A stretch of 61,284 bases of DNA, filler included, from Basidioascus undulatus (taxonomy: Eukaryota), in the NCBI GenBank assembly GCA_000826855.1. It is 4 parts of 4 records of this genome, joined end to end, with 100 filler letters (N's around TTAATTAATTAA, not from the genome) between each part and the next. Parts side by side here need not be neighbours in the genome. Positions count along the whole stretch, not along the records: positions 1 to 30,173 come from JTLS01000115.1; 3 more parts are not named here. One strand, 5' to 3'. Every line of letters starts with the position of its first letter. Position 1 is the first letter of the stretch. The translations under genes were made by a program, and so were the position numbers. The notes under the pieces were generated by a model. That model saw only the letters and a list, made by a program, of their open reading frames with translations. It ran no database searches and was not told where the DNA came from. Positions 1-11,710 of this stretch are shown one piece after another.

Positions 1-3000
1 TTCCTTCACACCCGCGGCCGAGATCGCGGAAACACCTCTGCTTATCATCCAACCCTCGATGTCATACATTCAAACTACCTACTGGGACGCGCTCCTCAAG
101 CAATTTGCCGACGACGGGCTTGATTGGAATTCGGCGATCAAGCTATTGTTCAGCACTCTCCGATCCTTGCCCATCCATACTAACCTTTGCAAGTCTGGAT
201 CAGATTATCGGCGAGTTGTTCAACGTGCCGATTCTGCAACGTAAGGCCGACCCATGCCACATGCTCGTCTTGCTGACCAGTATCCCTTACATTTCTTTCA
301 TAGCCTTTCTCGCCCGGAAACTCGGAGAAGTGTATCTCCTGCTTTTTTATCCAGTTTACTTGCCATCGCATATCAGGAACAAGCACGGCCTGACCATCCA
401 CGCGCCGCCGCGATGTCCGACCGCGCTCTTCAAATGCGCGATCTTGCGCAAGGGGCACTCGAAGCTGCGTTCCATACCAACATTCTCAGTTTGAGTGGCG
501 TCCAGGCTGCGAACGTACGTCCGCACTCTTGCATGTCTGAAAAGCCGCCTAACAGTTCATCTTCCGGTAGCTCTTGTGCCATTTCGAGCTCCTCATGCAC
601 CGTCGCATCTCGTCCTCCCGTGCACAATATGCGTAGGTATTCTATGCCAGGCACCTGAGCGTGTACTGACGCTGGGTCTTTCGTAGCCTTGCTCTTTTGG
701 ACGGCCTCATTGCGGCTACCGGGCTCGCGAGCACGGTCATCGGCCTGTGCGGCAAGCACTCTTTTGCGAACCAAGAGTCTTGCTAACGAACTTCCATTTC
801 GTCCTTCCCATTAGTGACTGTCAAATGTTCGGCGAGGATGGGGTTCTTCTCCGACGGTTCTGTCGCAGCCACAGCGTTGCGCGACAGAACCGATGAGATG
901 CAACTGCAAATAGGTGCAAGACAGCACCGTTGGCATGCGCTGGACATGTGAGTGCGAGGAATCCTATTTTCACTCGGTTCCGTACCGAAACTGACCAATG
1001 CTTGCAGCGGTTCTCGGCTTCAGCAACACCTCCTCGTTGTCCAATTCAGAAAGAAGAGGCTCGTCGGTAAGGCAGCTTAGCCTGTGCCGTAGCGGTCATC
1101 TTTCCTGACAATCATCTCTGCATTGTTCAGGCTTGTATGGAGCGCTGTTGCAAAGACGGTGGTACGTCCTGCCGGAGTGGCCTCTGAGGAGATTCAAGAT
1201 GGTCGTTCATCCACCCGAAGTGGAATCTACACAATTTTGATACATCTCTCACTTCATCCGCTGCGTTACTTCACACCGCAAAGCCTCAGAGTTTCGCTCT
1301 GTTTCTCCCGGGCGAAGCGCTCATCGCTACGTCCCCCGACCCTCGGGTAAGTCCATCGAACTTGTTCGATGCTAGGGTGCTTAAACGTTTCATGTCTTGC
1401 CTTCCTTTGTAGGTTCAGCATTTCCGGGTATTCAGCCTATGCGCATTGTACGACCGAGCGATGCGTTGAGTATCCTCTCACCTCCTCACTTTTCTCTCCC
1501 TTGCTGACTTGTAGCCAGTCCTTGGGAATGGGGCGTTCCGCTGCCCTGTCACGCTGTCGTATCGAGATCTAAAGATTCAGGTCGACCGTATTATTGCGTG
1601 CTTGGAGGAAATAGAGCGCAGTTTGGATGACGAGCACGTCTGTGAGGAGCAGATTATGCAGGGATGGACAGTGCTCACCTGCTGCTTCCTGTGAGAGTCT
1701 CATTCATTGATAATGCTGTCATATGCTGAAGTTCGTGTATTAGCACCCGCCTCATCCTCACTGTGAAGATGCGAAGAGCCGTTGGCGCTCCAAGCCACGT
1801 GTCCGTCTTCCCACCACGCTTCATTGAAGTAGTTATTAAGCACTCAATTTCTACCGAGTAGTCTTGTCACTTGCTTTCCTGCTGGACAGGCAGTGCGTTG
1901 GACCGAGAGTAACGTCCACGCACAAGGGGTACGCCCACAGCCGCTTCTTTGACAGACGCGAGCAGCAGCTGATTCACAAATCTACCCCTTTATCAGCATG
2001 TACAAATGACCGGCCTTGTCACATCGCTCACATTCGGTGTCCTGTACAGCACGCAGGCGCAGCGATTTGTGCAGCTCCAACCCGGTCTACCTCGTGCGTT
2101 CCAAGTGGCAAGGTTCGTCTTGGATGGTTGGGGCGCGGGCGCTTGGCATTGGTCTTCTCCAGGTGAGGCATTCCACTATCATCACGACAGGGGGCTTCTT
2201 GTTCAAGGTTCACTTTTTTCTTGTTCTCCTGCAGTTGGGGAGGCACGGCAGCAAGCGCTATTCCATCTTTGCACGCGCCTTGAGCAGCGCCACGCTGCTG
2301 CGGTGGCGGCGACGCACGACTTGTGCGTGGATGGGATGTTGTGCAGTAGGTTCTGATTCGTAATGGATCTAGTATCCTGCTATGCCCATTGTTTCGTGAT
2401 TGTTCACGACTGTCGCAGTAGCTTGTGTAGCTTTTCCAACTACACAGTCTTCACCCGATCGCCAGGCTGACGGCATTTTATCTTCTCATTCACAAAAAAT
2501 ATCTGAAACTATTGAACTTCTGTATCTCCTCTCGTGCCAGGCCTTTTAATTCGCGGTCGCGGAAGGGATGCTTAGCTTTGTGTTGCATTGTTGTCATCCT
2601 GCTTCTGTGCCACAGTCTTGCCAGGGCCCAAGTGGCTCCTCAGATTCAAATGCAACCTGTACTTCAGATCAATTTTACAGTCACGCGTGGGACTCAGTCA
2701 TATCAAAGGCCATACCGGGCTTTTGGCAAGGGAGCACCTTTGATTTCCCGAATAGGCTAGGCTAGGCTGGTTTGAATCTGTGCACTTGACCCATACAATT
2801 TCCGGGTAGTACCCGTACAAATGAGGGGAGAATGGGCTTTGATACGAAACGATACGTTCGATGGCGCAATGCACTGCCGGTCTCGAGCTTTCACGCAATT
2901 TGGCTATAACCGATCCCATCCCCGTGGCGTAGAATAGTTTATAGTTTACTCGAGTCATTAAGTAGTCTATTGTACGGGCAGTGCTGCGCAAGAGGACGCC

Positions 3001-3686
3001 TCCGCAGCGGTAGCAAAGGTCACAGCCCGACCTGCGGCACCTTCCCCGTAGCCCAGTACTGCACCTTGCTGCACCGATCCGATCAACCAGACCTTGCCTC
3101 GATCCTCCGGGGCCTTTCGGAGTTGTCCACCCGTATTAGACCAAAGACAATTGACTGACAGTAAATTCAACCCATCCCGAACCACTCCAGGACTATACCC
3201 GCCCTCACCAGCCTGCAACCTGTGAACGTGAACGGTACTGCGCCTCGGGCTCGGACATCGTGTATTTACGCGAGTGGGTCGAGTGCACATTTGCATCAAT
3301 TCATCTCAAGCTAAAGCAGTGCAGCTGCGCACTCAAGCCGGCTGCGTCTTCGTGCAACGATGCTGCACATCTTGTCTCGAGTGCATTCGCTCTGGCGGTG
3401 CTGGAGAATGCTTGTTGTTTTTGCGGGGTTCAGGTTGTTACGGTGGCAGGCCTCCAACATATGTTTCAACAAGACACCGTACCCTGGGGTGTTGTCATTC
3501 ACTGCATTTCATTTGCATGCGAGGAAGTGCATGCAAGCTGTACCGGTCTGGACACGCTATTGCGAGGGTAGTACATGCGGCTGTGCCAAGCTTGTGTTCT
3601 GCGCCCTTAAAGTATATGACCCCTCTGCGGCCTTCATTCCTCTTCCTGCGTAATCCTTTCCCCCCTCGACGGTGGCGACGCCAATC

Positions 3687-5448
3687 ATGCTCACCAAATC
3701 GCTCATCGCTCAGATCGCGCTCGTCTTCGGCGTGGTGATCTATCGACTGTTCGTCCGGCGGAGACTATCGGCCAGGGCCAGCCTGCTCCGCGTCAAGCGG
3801 ACCAGTCTCTTGTGGGGAAGTTTAAAGGGTTTCATTGAGTACGTTCCAGTATGATAAGCTTTTCTGGACACGAGAGATGCTGACGGTCGGCCAACGCAAC
3901 ACAGAGACGACCCGCCTCGACTGTTCCGGCAATGGGAGAAAGAGTTGGGCCACACTTTCATGTTCGACTGTCATATTTTGTACCCATAGATAATACCAAA
4001 GGTAGCATTGGTACAGATCGTTCTGGGGGAAGATCGGCTTTTCACGTCTGAACCCAAAGCACTCAATCACATCCTTCTTGCCCACGCATATGTGGGCATT
4101 CGTCCTCATATGTCCCGTGGTAGAAGGATAATTTTATTCCCTTCCATAGGACTTTCTGAAGCATGGCGTTGTCCGCACCGCACTGTCGGAGGCGCTCGGC
4201 GAGGGTGACTTGCACAGCCACCCTTGAAGCACAGCAAACGTAGCTGAACGGCTTTCTGCAGGCGTTATCGTTGCTGAAGGGAAGCCTCATGCTCTGCTTA
4301 TCTCTTCTCTTCTGACCGTCTGAGAATTTCTGTCAAGCAGGCCATATGCACAAGCGTCAGCGAAAGGCGATGAACCCTGCGTTTGCTCCCGACCACATTC
4401 GCGCCCTCACGCCGCTCTTCCTTTCCAAAAGTGGATAGGTGCGAAGTCACGGATGATTTGACCAAGAACGCTCTGTGGTGATCCCTGGGAAATGCATAGC
4501 TGCGCGAGGTGTGGCGCAGCGTCTTGCGCGAGCAGAAGGAGCACAGCATCAAATCCAAGAGCTGGGACATTCTACCCTACTTTGTCGAACTTGACTCTCA
4601 ACATCATCGAACTGACGGGTAAGTTAAAGTTGCCTAATGCGTGCATATAGTGCCCTGATTAGCTCACCATGCGCTTCCTTCGATTACAAGTTTGCAGAGC
4701 TCCCTCCAGCGGAAACACCGCACGCCGTCAACAAAGACATCCTCTCTTCTGCATTCAGCCGCATGTTTGCTGCCGCTTCCGAGGTAAGCACTCAAATATA
4801 CTGTAGTTTGAACCCTTTTTGCTGATCCGCAATGCCATCATGTCCTTTCTAGATCATCGTGCTTCGCGTCGCTGCGCTCTTCTTCCCACACCTCCGCGTC
4901 ATCCCTACTCGCGCGCGCCGTGCTATTAAAGACAGCTTGGACACAATGAACGAGGTAGGGGTGGGACTACTCAATAGAAGAAGGCCGCAGTGCGGGAAGC
5001 GCAGGAGCTAGGTGAGGTGACCTGGCAGGCAAAGGATTTGATCTCGCTTCTGGGTGCGCATCCCACATACTGCCGGCAGCACTCCTAAACAGAGGTGTTT
5101 TTCTAGGTAGTTTGGGCCAATACGGCTCCGGACTTGAAAGAGTCCGAGCGTCTGGCGGACGACGAGGTCCTGGGCCAGATTACGACTTTCATGGTGCGCT
5201 GCCCCCAGTTTCCTTCATATCCTTTGCGAACGCTCACAAAGGGAATTGGAAACATGCAGCTTGCAGGTCATGAGACCACGAGCACTGCGGCTGTCTGGAC
5301 GCTCTACCTGTTTACGCAGCACCCCGAGGTGCAGGCCCGGCTGCGCGAGGAGCTCCTTGCGGTCCACACCGACCACGCCGGAGACATCGGGATGGACGAG
5401 CTCAACGCGCTTCCTTACCTGGACAAAGTGAGCTTTGGCGAATCATGA
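3687..5448 (+). pseudogene. Cytochrome P450, truncated/degenerate
   Basis: N-terminal membrane anchor (MLTKSLIAQIALVFGVVIYRLF), then LGEDRLFTSEPKALNHIL, NPAFAPDHIRAL and I-helix DEVLGQITTFM/LAGHETTSTA, ending at LNALPYLDK. No ExxR or heme-Cys exon is visible downstream, and there are apparent frameshifts. Confidence 0.8.
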
Positions 5449-6003
5449 ATCAAGCCAGCGGTACGTCTTCCGAGCTTCTTTCTACCATTCGAGTTGACTG
5501 AACCTCGTGTTTTATGCTAGGTCATACCACTTTCCCGGCCGATTGTCGCAGCTGGGAGAGGCCTTTCACGAAAGCTATCAAGTTGAAATCCCCAGGATTT
5601 TCAAGTTCAGCCAGGAACCTCATGCTGATCGGCGGTCGATCGCCCAGTGTCCTTTCTCACTTCCTCTCCTCGCGTCCTCTCGAGACTCCTCGGCTGTTGA
5701 AATTGTATTGGTGTACGAACAGCAAACAGCGCTCTAGAACTGAGAGAAACAACAATATCAAGCACTCCCTGCCACCCTCGATTCAGTCCAGTCAACACAC
5801 CAATGTCTCAGTTCAACTGGCTTGATAAGTCCAGCCAGTCCAGCACAGGCAAGCGCGTGCTGGACCTCTTGCCCAACCGAACCGAGGCCTGAGCCCTGCA
5901 ACGCCATCCCACTTGGCGTTCATCCCGGCTTGCCTCCCTTCCTCATCCCCATCATCATCCCCGCCTCCTCCCTCACCCTCCTCCTCCTCCCGGCCTTTGA
6001 GCT

Positions 6004-7813
6004 ATGGTTGTGCGTGAGACTGGCCTATGGACCGGTAAGGGCGCGGGGTGGACTGATGGAGAGCGCGGGGACAGCGCGGGGAATACTGCATCGGCGCCGC
6101 GGGCTTCTTTACCTTCTGCGCAGGGGTGGCACGTCTCTATCCTTGTGGAATCGCGATGGAACACGGGCTGACAAGTGTTCTTTTTGTTGGCTGGGTGGCA
6201 GCTCTTGGTGTTCGCCAACATCGGTCAGCTGAACCTAACGACCGTGCCCGGGTCGATCTACCTCGCCCGCGTGGACACGACTGCGTTCGTGCGTCCGGAG
6301 CCTCTTCCTGAGCTCTGTGGTCTTGAGGGTTGGATCGCTTACGAAGCGCGCTTCAATCACAGTCCGCAGGCTTTCAACAAGCGATCAACGCTACAGCAGG
6401 GGTGCGTCTTGCCCTCGGACGCGATGCGGGGGCGTGGGACGGAGCTTGATGAGCGGTGGTTGGCATGGGCGCACAGGATCTCTTTACGGGCAACCAGACT
6501 CTCCCGCTGGGAACCTCGGCGGGTCTGAGGTGGTACTACAACTTTGGTGCGTCCTCTCCTCCCCTCCCTCCATCTGCCCCTCTTCTCCCCTAAGGACCCC
6601 ACTTACCCCCGTCCCACGAGGCAGGTCTCTACGGTTCGCGCTTCCCCGATTCCTTAACAGCTCGCGAAGCACTCCAGCTGACATAACCAACGCCCCAGGC
6701 TACTGCGCCGAAGTCGCTGAGCAGGGCGGCGTCTGCACGGACCGCAAAATCACATCCTCGCTCGACCCGTTCGATGCTGTCCGTCCCACGCCTCACCTCC
6801 TGCTCATCCCTTCCCTCGAGCCCCTCCTTACCCCACATCCACCTCTTACAGATCGTCGCCGATGCGCCCGAGAAGTACAAGACGCAGGTCCGCTTCCCCC
6901 GGCCCTCCTCTTCCTTTCAACTTGGAAGAATAGCTGAAAATGAGCGGGGGAACAGGTCCGGGATGTCATCTCCAAGTCCACGTTCAAGGACTCCTCGTAC
7001 ATGAAGCGTTACTCGACCGCGGCGTACTGGCTGGTCTTCTTGGGGTCGCTCCTGGTGGGCGTGGCGCTGGTCGCGTGAGTTGCCCCCATTTTCGCCCCCC
7101 ATTTGTCCAGCGGACGAGTGGAAACTGACAGCATATGGCTTGGTGGGCGAGAAGTGGGATCATCCCCAACAGGTGGACCTTCCTCCTCGCCGGTGTCGCA
7201 GCGACGTTGGCAGCGCGTGCGTCCCCTTCCCTCCTCCGGTTTCCCCTTCTACCCGCCTCCCCTGACAAACTCCCATAACACCCGAATGACAGTCTGCCTC
7301 GTTATTGGCGCCGCGATCCTGACCATCATCATTAAGAAGCTTTTCTGGCTTCACAAGGGTCCGTTGATACCCGTCCCTTTCCTCCCATCCCTGCCCTCTT
7401 CACCTCTCTTACTCCACCTCCGCCCCCACACACTCTCTACACCTCTCCTCTTTTCCCCCCGCACCCACGTGCTGACTCCCTAATCCTCTCGCGCGAGCAG
7501 TCAAGGTCCGCGGCGGCGAGATTGGGCTGGGGATTAAGATCAGCTACGGGCACGAGATCTGTGCGTCCCTGTTCCTTCTTTATATCCATATCCCCTGTCT
7601 TTTAGATCTCGATGGCTGATGGAATGGGGTGTTCGGGACAGGGCTCATCTGGGCCGCTTTCGTGGCGATCACGCTCGCCATCGCCCCTTACCTCATCTCG
7701 TACGTCTCTTACCCCCGTTCTTTCTTTCCTCCCCCATCCCACTCCTTCATCCCTACTCGAGAGACTGATTGTCTGTGAGGGGAAAACACAGCGGCTGCAC
7801 CTACCGCCGCTGA
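6004..7813 (+). CDS. SUR7/PalI-family 4-TM membrane protein (multi-exon)
   Basis: Spliced reading: MV|RGEYCIGAAGFFTFCAGV|LLVFANIGQLNLTTVPGSIYLARVD...GLRWYYNFG...YCAEV...GVCT...three further TM segments...APYLIS|GCTYRR*. Contains the claudin-like G-x-x-G-Y-C...C motif. Confidence 0.75.
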
Positions 7814-8347
7814 CTACGTGGCAGCAGCTCTCAGTCCTCCTCCGGCCGCCCGAACCCGCTCAACTTTATCAGGTTGCGCGAGTGGCGGAGCAACCGGCAT
7901 TGATCCTCCCCTCCTCCTTCTCCTCCTCCCGTCTCGCCTTTCTCTCTTTCTCGTCTCATCGGATTACGGTGCCTCTGTTTACCCCTCTGCCCCTTGGAGG
8001 CGCACAGCAAGACTCGGACACCTCTTGACTGTTATACTTTCACTCGCTTTCCGGAGATTGGTTTTTATTCGGATGCACACTCGTTCAAATGGCTTGTGAT
8101 GGTGAGTATCGGAGAGCACACGCTAGGACGAGTGCAGCGGGAGGTCGTTTGCAGGACACTATTGCGGATCACCGAATCGAGCTGCCCTCACATAGCAATG
8201 CAGCAGGCCCGTGCACATACATATGCCAGGGGCCAAGTCTATAGACATTAGCTTGAACAATCAAAGCGCGGAAGTAGTCATAAGTCGGACTGAGCTACCG
8301 TGAAACACAGCCGCGGGTTCACAACGCCGACGCACGCTTCTCGCCCG

Positions 8348-9273
8348 TCACACTCCCACACCCCCCACCGGAGCCGGACGATGGCCTTCCCAAACCTCGC
8401 AGTATTCCCAGACGACGTACCACTCATCGCGAATAGACGCGACAAAAGCGATCCCGACAGCGACGAGTGGGATGGCAAGCAACGCGGCATATAAGACCAG
8501 TATATTTTCCGCGACAACGAGCTCGATGGCAATTTTCTTGGCCAATGCGGAGTCGGAGAAGGTGCGATCGATAATGAGAAGCGATGAAACCGTGAGGGCC
8601 AGGACGGTGTAGAAGTACGGCTTGGCGAACGAAGCCGTGTGAGCAGGAAGCGTCTGCGCAACGCGGACGGGTGTACCGGCGTCCACCGGCATGTTGGACA
8701 GCATGAGTGGGCGCTCCGCCGGAGGACGTGTGGATCCAAAGCGTGAGATGCGATAGTCGAGACGGTAGGCAACGACGGCGAGCTTTGCGAAACCGCCGAA
8801 CACGGCGGCGTTGCAGAGGTGAGATGACATAATCGCAGAGGCATCAGACGAGAGAGACGCTGCCGCCGGAGCCAGTGAACGGGTAAGCATCCCTTCAGCC
8901 AGCTCTGTGCCGAACCCAGTAAGGCAGATGGCCAATATGGCCCCGAAATAGAGGACCTTCGACGTGGCGAGACAGAGTCAATTTCGAATCAAGTCTGAGG
9001 AAGTTTCTTGGGACGCACTTCTACGACAAGCATGGCCCGGACAGTGCGCTCCAGGCTCGATATGGAGGAGCAAGGCTCACAGCATCTCGATATGACAGCG
9101 AGCGTGATTGCGGACCGTACGACGACGTTGTGGGGCCGCTTGTACGCAATAAAAGCTAGCACAGCCGCCCCGGTGAGGATTGCAAGACGGAAGGCAATAT
9201 CAGCAGGGGTAAGTGGGCTTTGATCCTTGATATAGTGGATGACTAAATTCCCGTGCGTGTCAGCCTCGCACAT
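8348..9273 (-). CDS. Multi-pass membrane protein with signal-peptide-peptidase (A22B)-like C-terminus, catalytic motifs absent
   Basis: Two exons (intron about 9021-8959). C-terminal pattern AYRLDY...FAKPYFY...AALLAIPL...ASIRDEWYVVWEYCE parallels SPP RFD...KPYF...PALLYLVP...RGE..W.Y.E. Confidence 0.5.
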
Positions 9274-10214
9274 GGAGACCTGGGAGTCAGGCAAAAGGAC
9301 GCACGCCCATTCGAGCGACGCGCGACAGCACGACAGTGCGATGCGCTAGCACGCGGTTCGAAACGCTCGTAGAACACATAGGCCTGAAGTTTGAACGGAA
9401 AGGCTTATTCAGCCTCAACTGCTCATCGTGCACCTTGCTATAGCCAGGGAAAAAGACGCACCAGGCACGCGGCGGGCCAAGTGACGTTTAGATACCTCAC
9501 AAGCGTCGCGGATGGGATGGCCCATGAAACGATACGAGAAAGGCCGTCACACCCGAACAGAAAGATCAGGATGCCAACGAACGACCTCGTCGAGAAGCGG
9601 AGCGGACGCCTCTTAGCGGCCGGCCCCAACGGGCTGTACGCCTGCTGGACGGCGAGCCAAGCGCGAAGCGATGGGGGCGCGGTGAGCAGGGCCCCGATCA
9701 GGACGGAGAAAGCAATGTGGGAGAGGGCGCTGGAATGAAAGATTATTTGGGTCATGGTCAAGATTAGCGCGAGCGGGGCTTTGACCAGCTGGGATGTGGT
9801 GGTCAGTGGTCAAGAGGATTGGGCGGACGGCTGCAACGGCAAGTCCTGAAGCAGTCTGAAACGTCCCAAAACGCCCACAAGCTGAGACGTCTCGAGCGCT
9901 CCTATGCCCTTTGGCAGTCACAGTCTTCTCACCTACTAATTAGAAGTCTTTTTTGACGACCAGGTGACGTATCGCAAGAATATAGACCGCTTGCAGTGCT
10001 GCAACGCTTGCACGGACACGGTCAAGCCCAACAGCTCAAAATCATCAACAGCGAGAGGGTGATACGTCGCCGAGGAGAATAGCGGTTCTAGGCTTGCTAT
10101 TTGGGTGCGTTGGTGTATTCAAGTCTTTGTATTGCGGCCGCTTTTGTGCCGGACGCAGTGAAATGGAGATACGTTGGTAGCGGGCACGCAGCAGCAAGCC
10201 GCGCATTCTGCTGC

Positions 10215-11290
10215 TTCAAGGCCTAATTGGAAGACCAACCCTTAGATAAGGTTTGTTCCAATGTATCTTTTCACTGATTTTATGACAGCTATATATCTCG
10301 AGCATGACGCGCTGAACGCTGGAAACCGTGCGACGGGACACAATCGAGGGGTCGATGATGATGATGAATTCAAAGCAAGGCGTGAGTTTTGGAGAAGGAA
10401 CCATCATGGTTGGGAAGCGGGACGCTCCCCGCGGTGGTCTCCCGCCTCGTGGAGAAATGCATCACTTCGCGCGCGCGGGGCGGGACTTCGACCTGGTCTT
10501 GCAAGGAACGGGGGGATAGGGAACCGGTGGGTAATTCCGGGGGGAAGGAAGTGGGTCTACGGGGGGGCGGGATAGGGGGATGGCAAAGCGGTCTTCGAAA
10601 CGACGAGCAAGGGAGATGGTATAGAACGCGCAGAGAGGTGGGGAGATCGGGGAGCCCTGTGGGACATCTACCTGAACGGGTTTTTTAAGCTTCTATTTTA
10701 CCGTCCAAGGAAACCGCCACCCTACGCCCAGTCAGAAACGAAAGCACCCAGCGAATGAAGGGAAGAGTGAGATTAAGGTCGTAAAGTTCTCGGATGGGCC
10801 AGTCGCGTATGACCGTGTCGAAACCGCCCGTCACATCGAACGTAAGGCACGACATGACCATTCCCTGCTTCCACGCCGCTTCGACGTTGTGAAGAAGCGT
10901 CAGCACAGCGTCGGAAGTAGAACGGTGGGGAATGCCGCCGAAAAGCTAAGACGGGATCAAGTTATGGCTCAAGCCCATGTGCAAGAGTTGACAAGCGAAG
11001 TTTCTCCAAGACCTTGAACAGGGTAGAAAGTAGAGCAATCAGTCGATAAGATCGCGGGGCTGAGTAAGTCTTCTTGTTCGGCTTCCTGAACGCCACCGCA
11101 ATCCCCTCATTCCAATAGTCGGGGTGGTAGCCCCCCCTCGCGCATGCCCGGTAGACCAGCACCAGTTCGCGTCGAGCGACCCTCCAGAGGTGATGCAAAG
11201 CTTCTACCCTGATCCCGTTCGGGACCGGGCGCCTTCTTACGGGTCTGGCCCGAACAAGGCTTCGAAGACCTCGAGCTCCGTCACTTCCCT
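10215..11290 (-). mobile_element. Degenerate non-LTR retrotransposon (LINE, Tad1-like) reverse transcriptase fragment
   Basis: GYHPDYW...RKPNKKTYSAPRSYRLIALLSTLFKVLEK; GGIPHRSTSDAV; LTFDVTGGFDTV; WVLSFLTGRRVAV; VPQGSPISPPL. Stops and frameshifts throughout; no YADD. Confidence 0.9.
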
Positions 11291-11710
11291 CCATGGTAGT
11301 CTGTCCGACTCCGTTTCGGGATTCGGAGAAAGGTCGGGAGAGGGCGGGAGATCGGGGAGGGACGGAGGAGGAGCGAAGAGACAATCGAGGGGTCGTGACC
11401 ACAGTCAAGACTTCCAAGCGCTATAACCCTTCAGACAGCACGGTTCGAATTTATAACAACCATGAAAAGCGTACTTACTTTCGAGGGACTGAAAATTTGA
11501 TGAGAATGAAACGACGATGAAACGACTGCGTGCAGCTGTCAAACGTCTCACAACAAAGTGTCCGAGGACATTCTACGCCCGCCGCGGACGCAAACCCCGG
11601 CGCCGAGGAGCCCGAGTGGCGGTCACCCATCGACCATCACGTCAAATCACGACCAACCAGACTCCCATCTCCCCCAGACTTGCTCAAATCCCTGCTCATA
11701 TTCAACAAGA

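Noticed and set aside
1..3600. Short ORFs with intron-like signals, vaguely transposase-like (IHLSLH, CTTER)
   Set aside because: No convincing motif set, termini or consistent frame; probably decayed genes that cannot be named by eye.
9438..9761. Hydrophobic 107-aa ORF on the minus strand
   Set aside because: No recognisable family and no clear gene structure.
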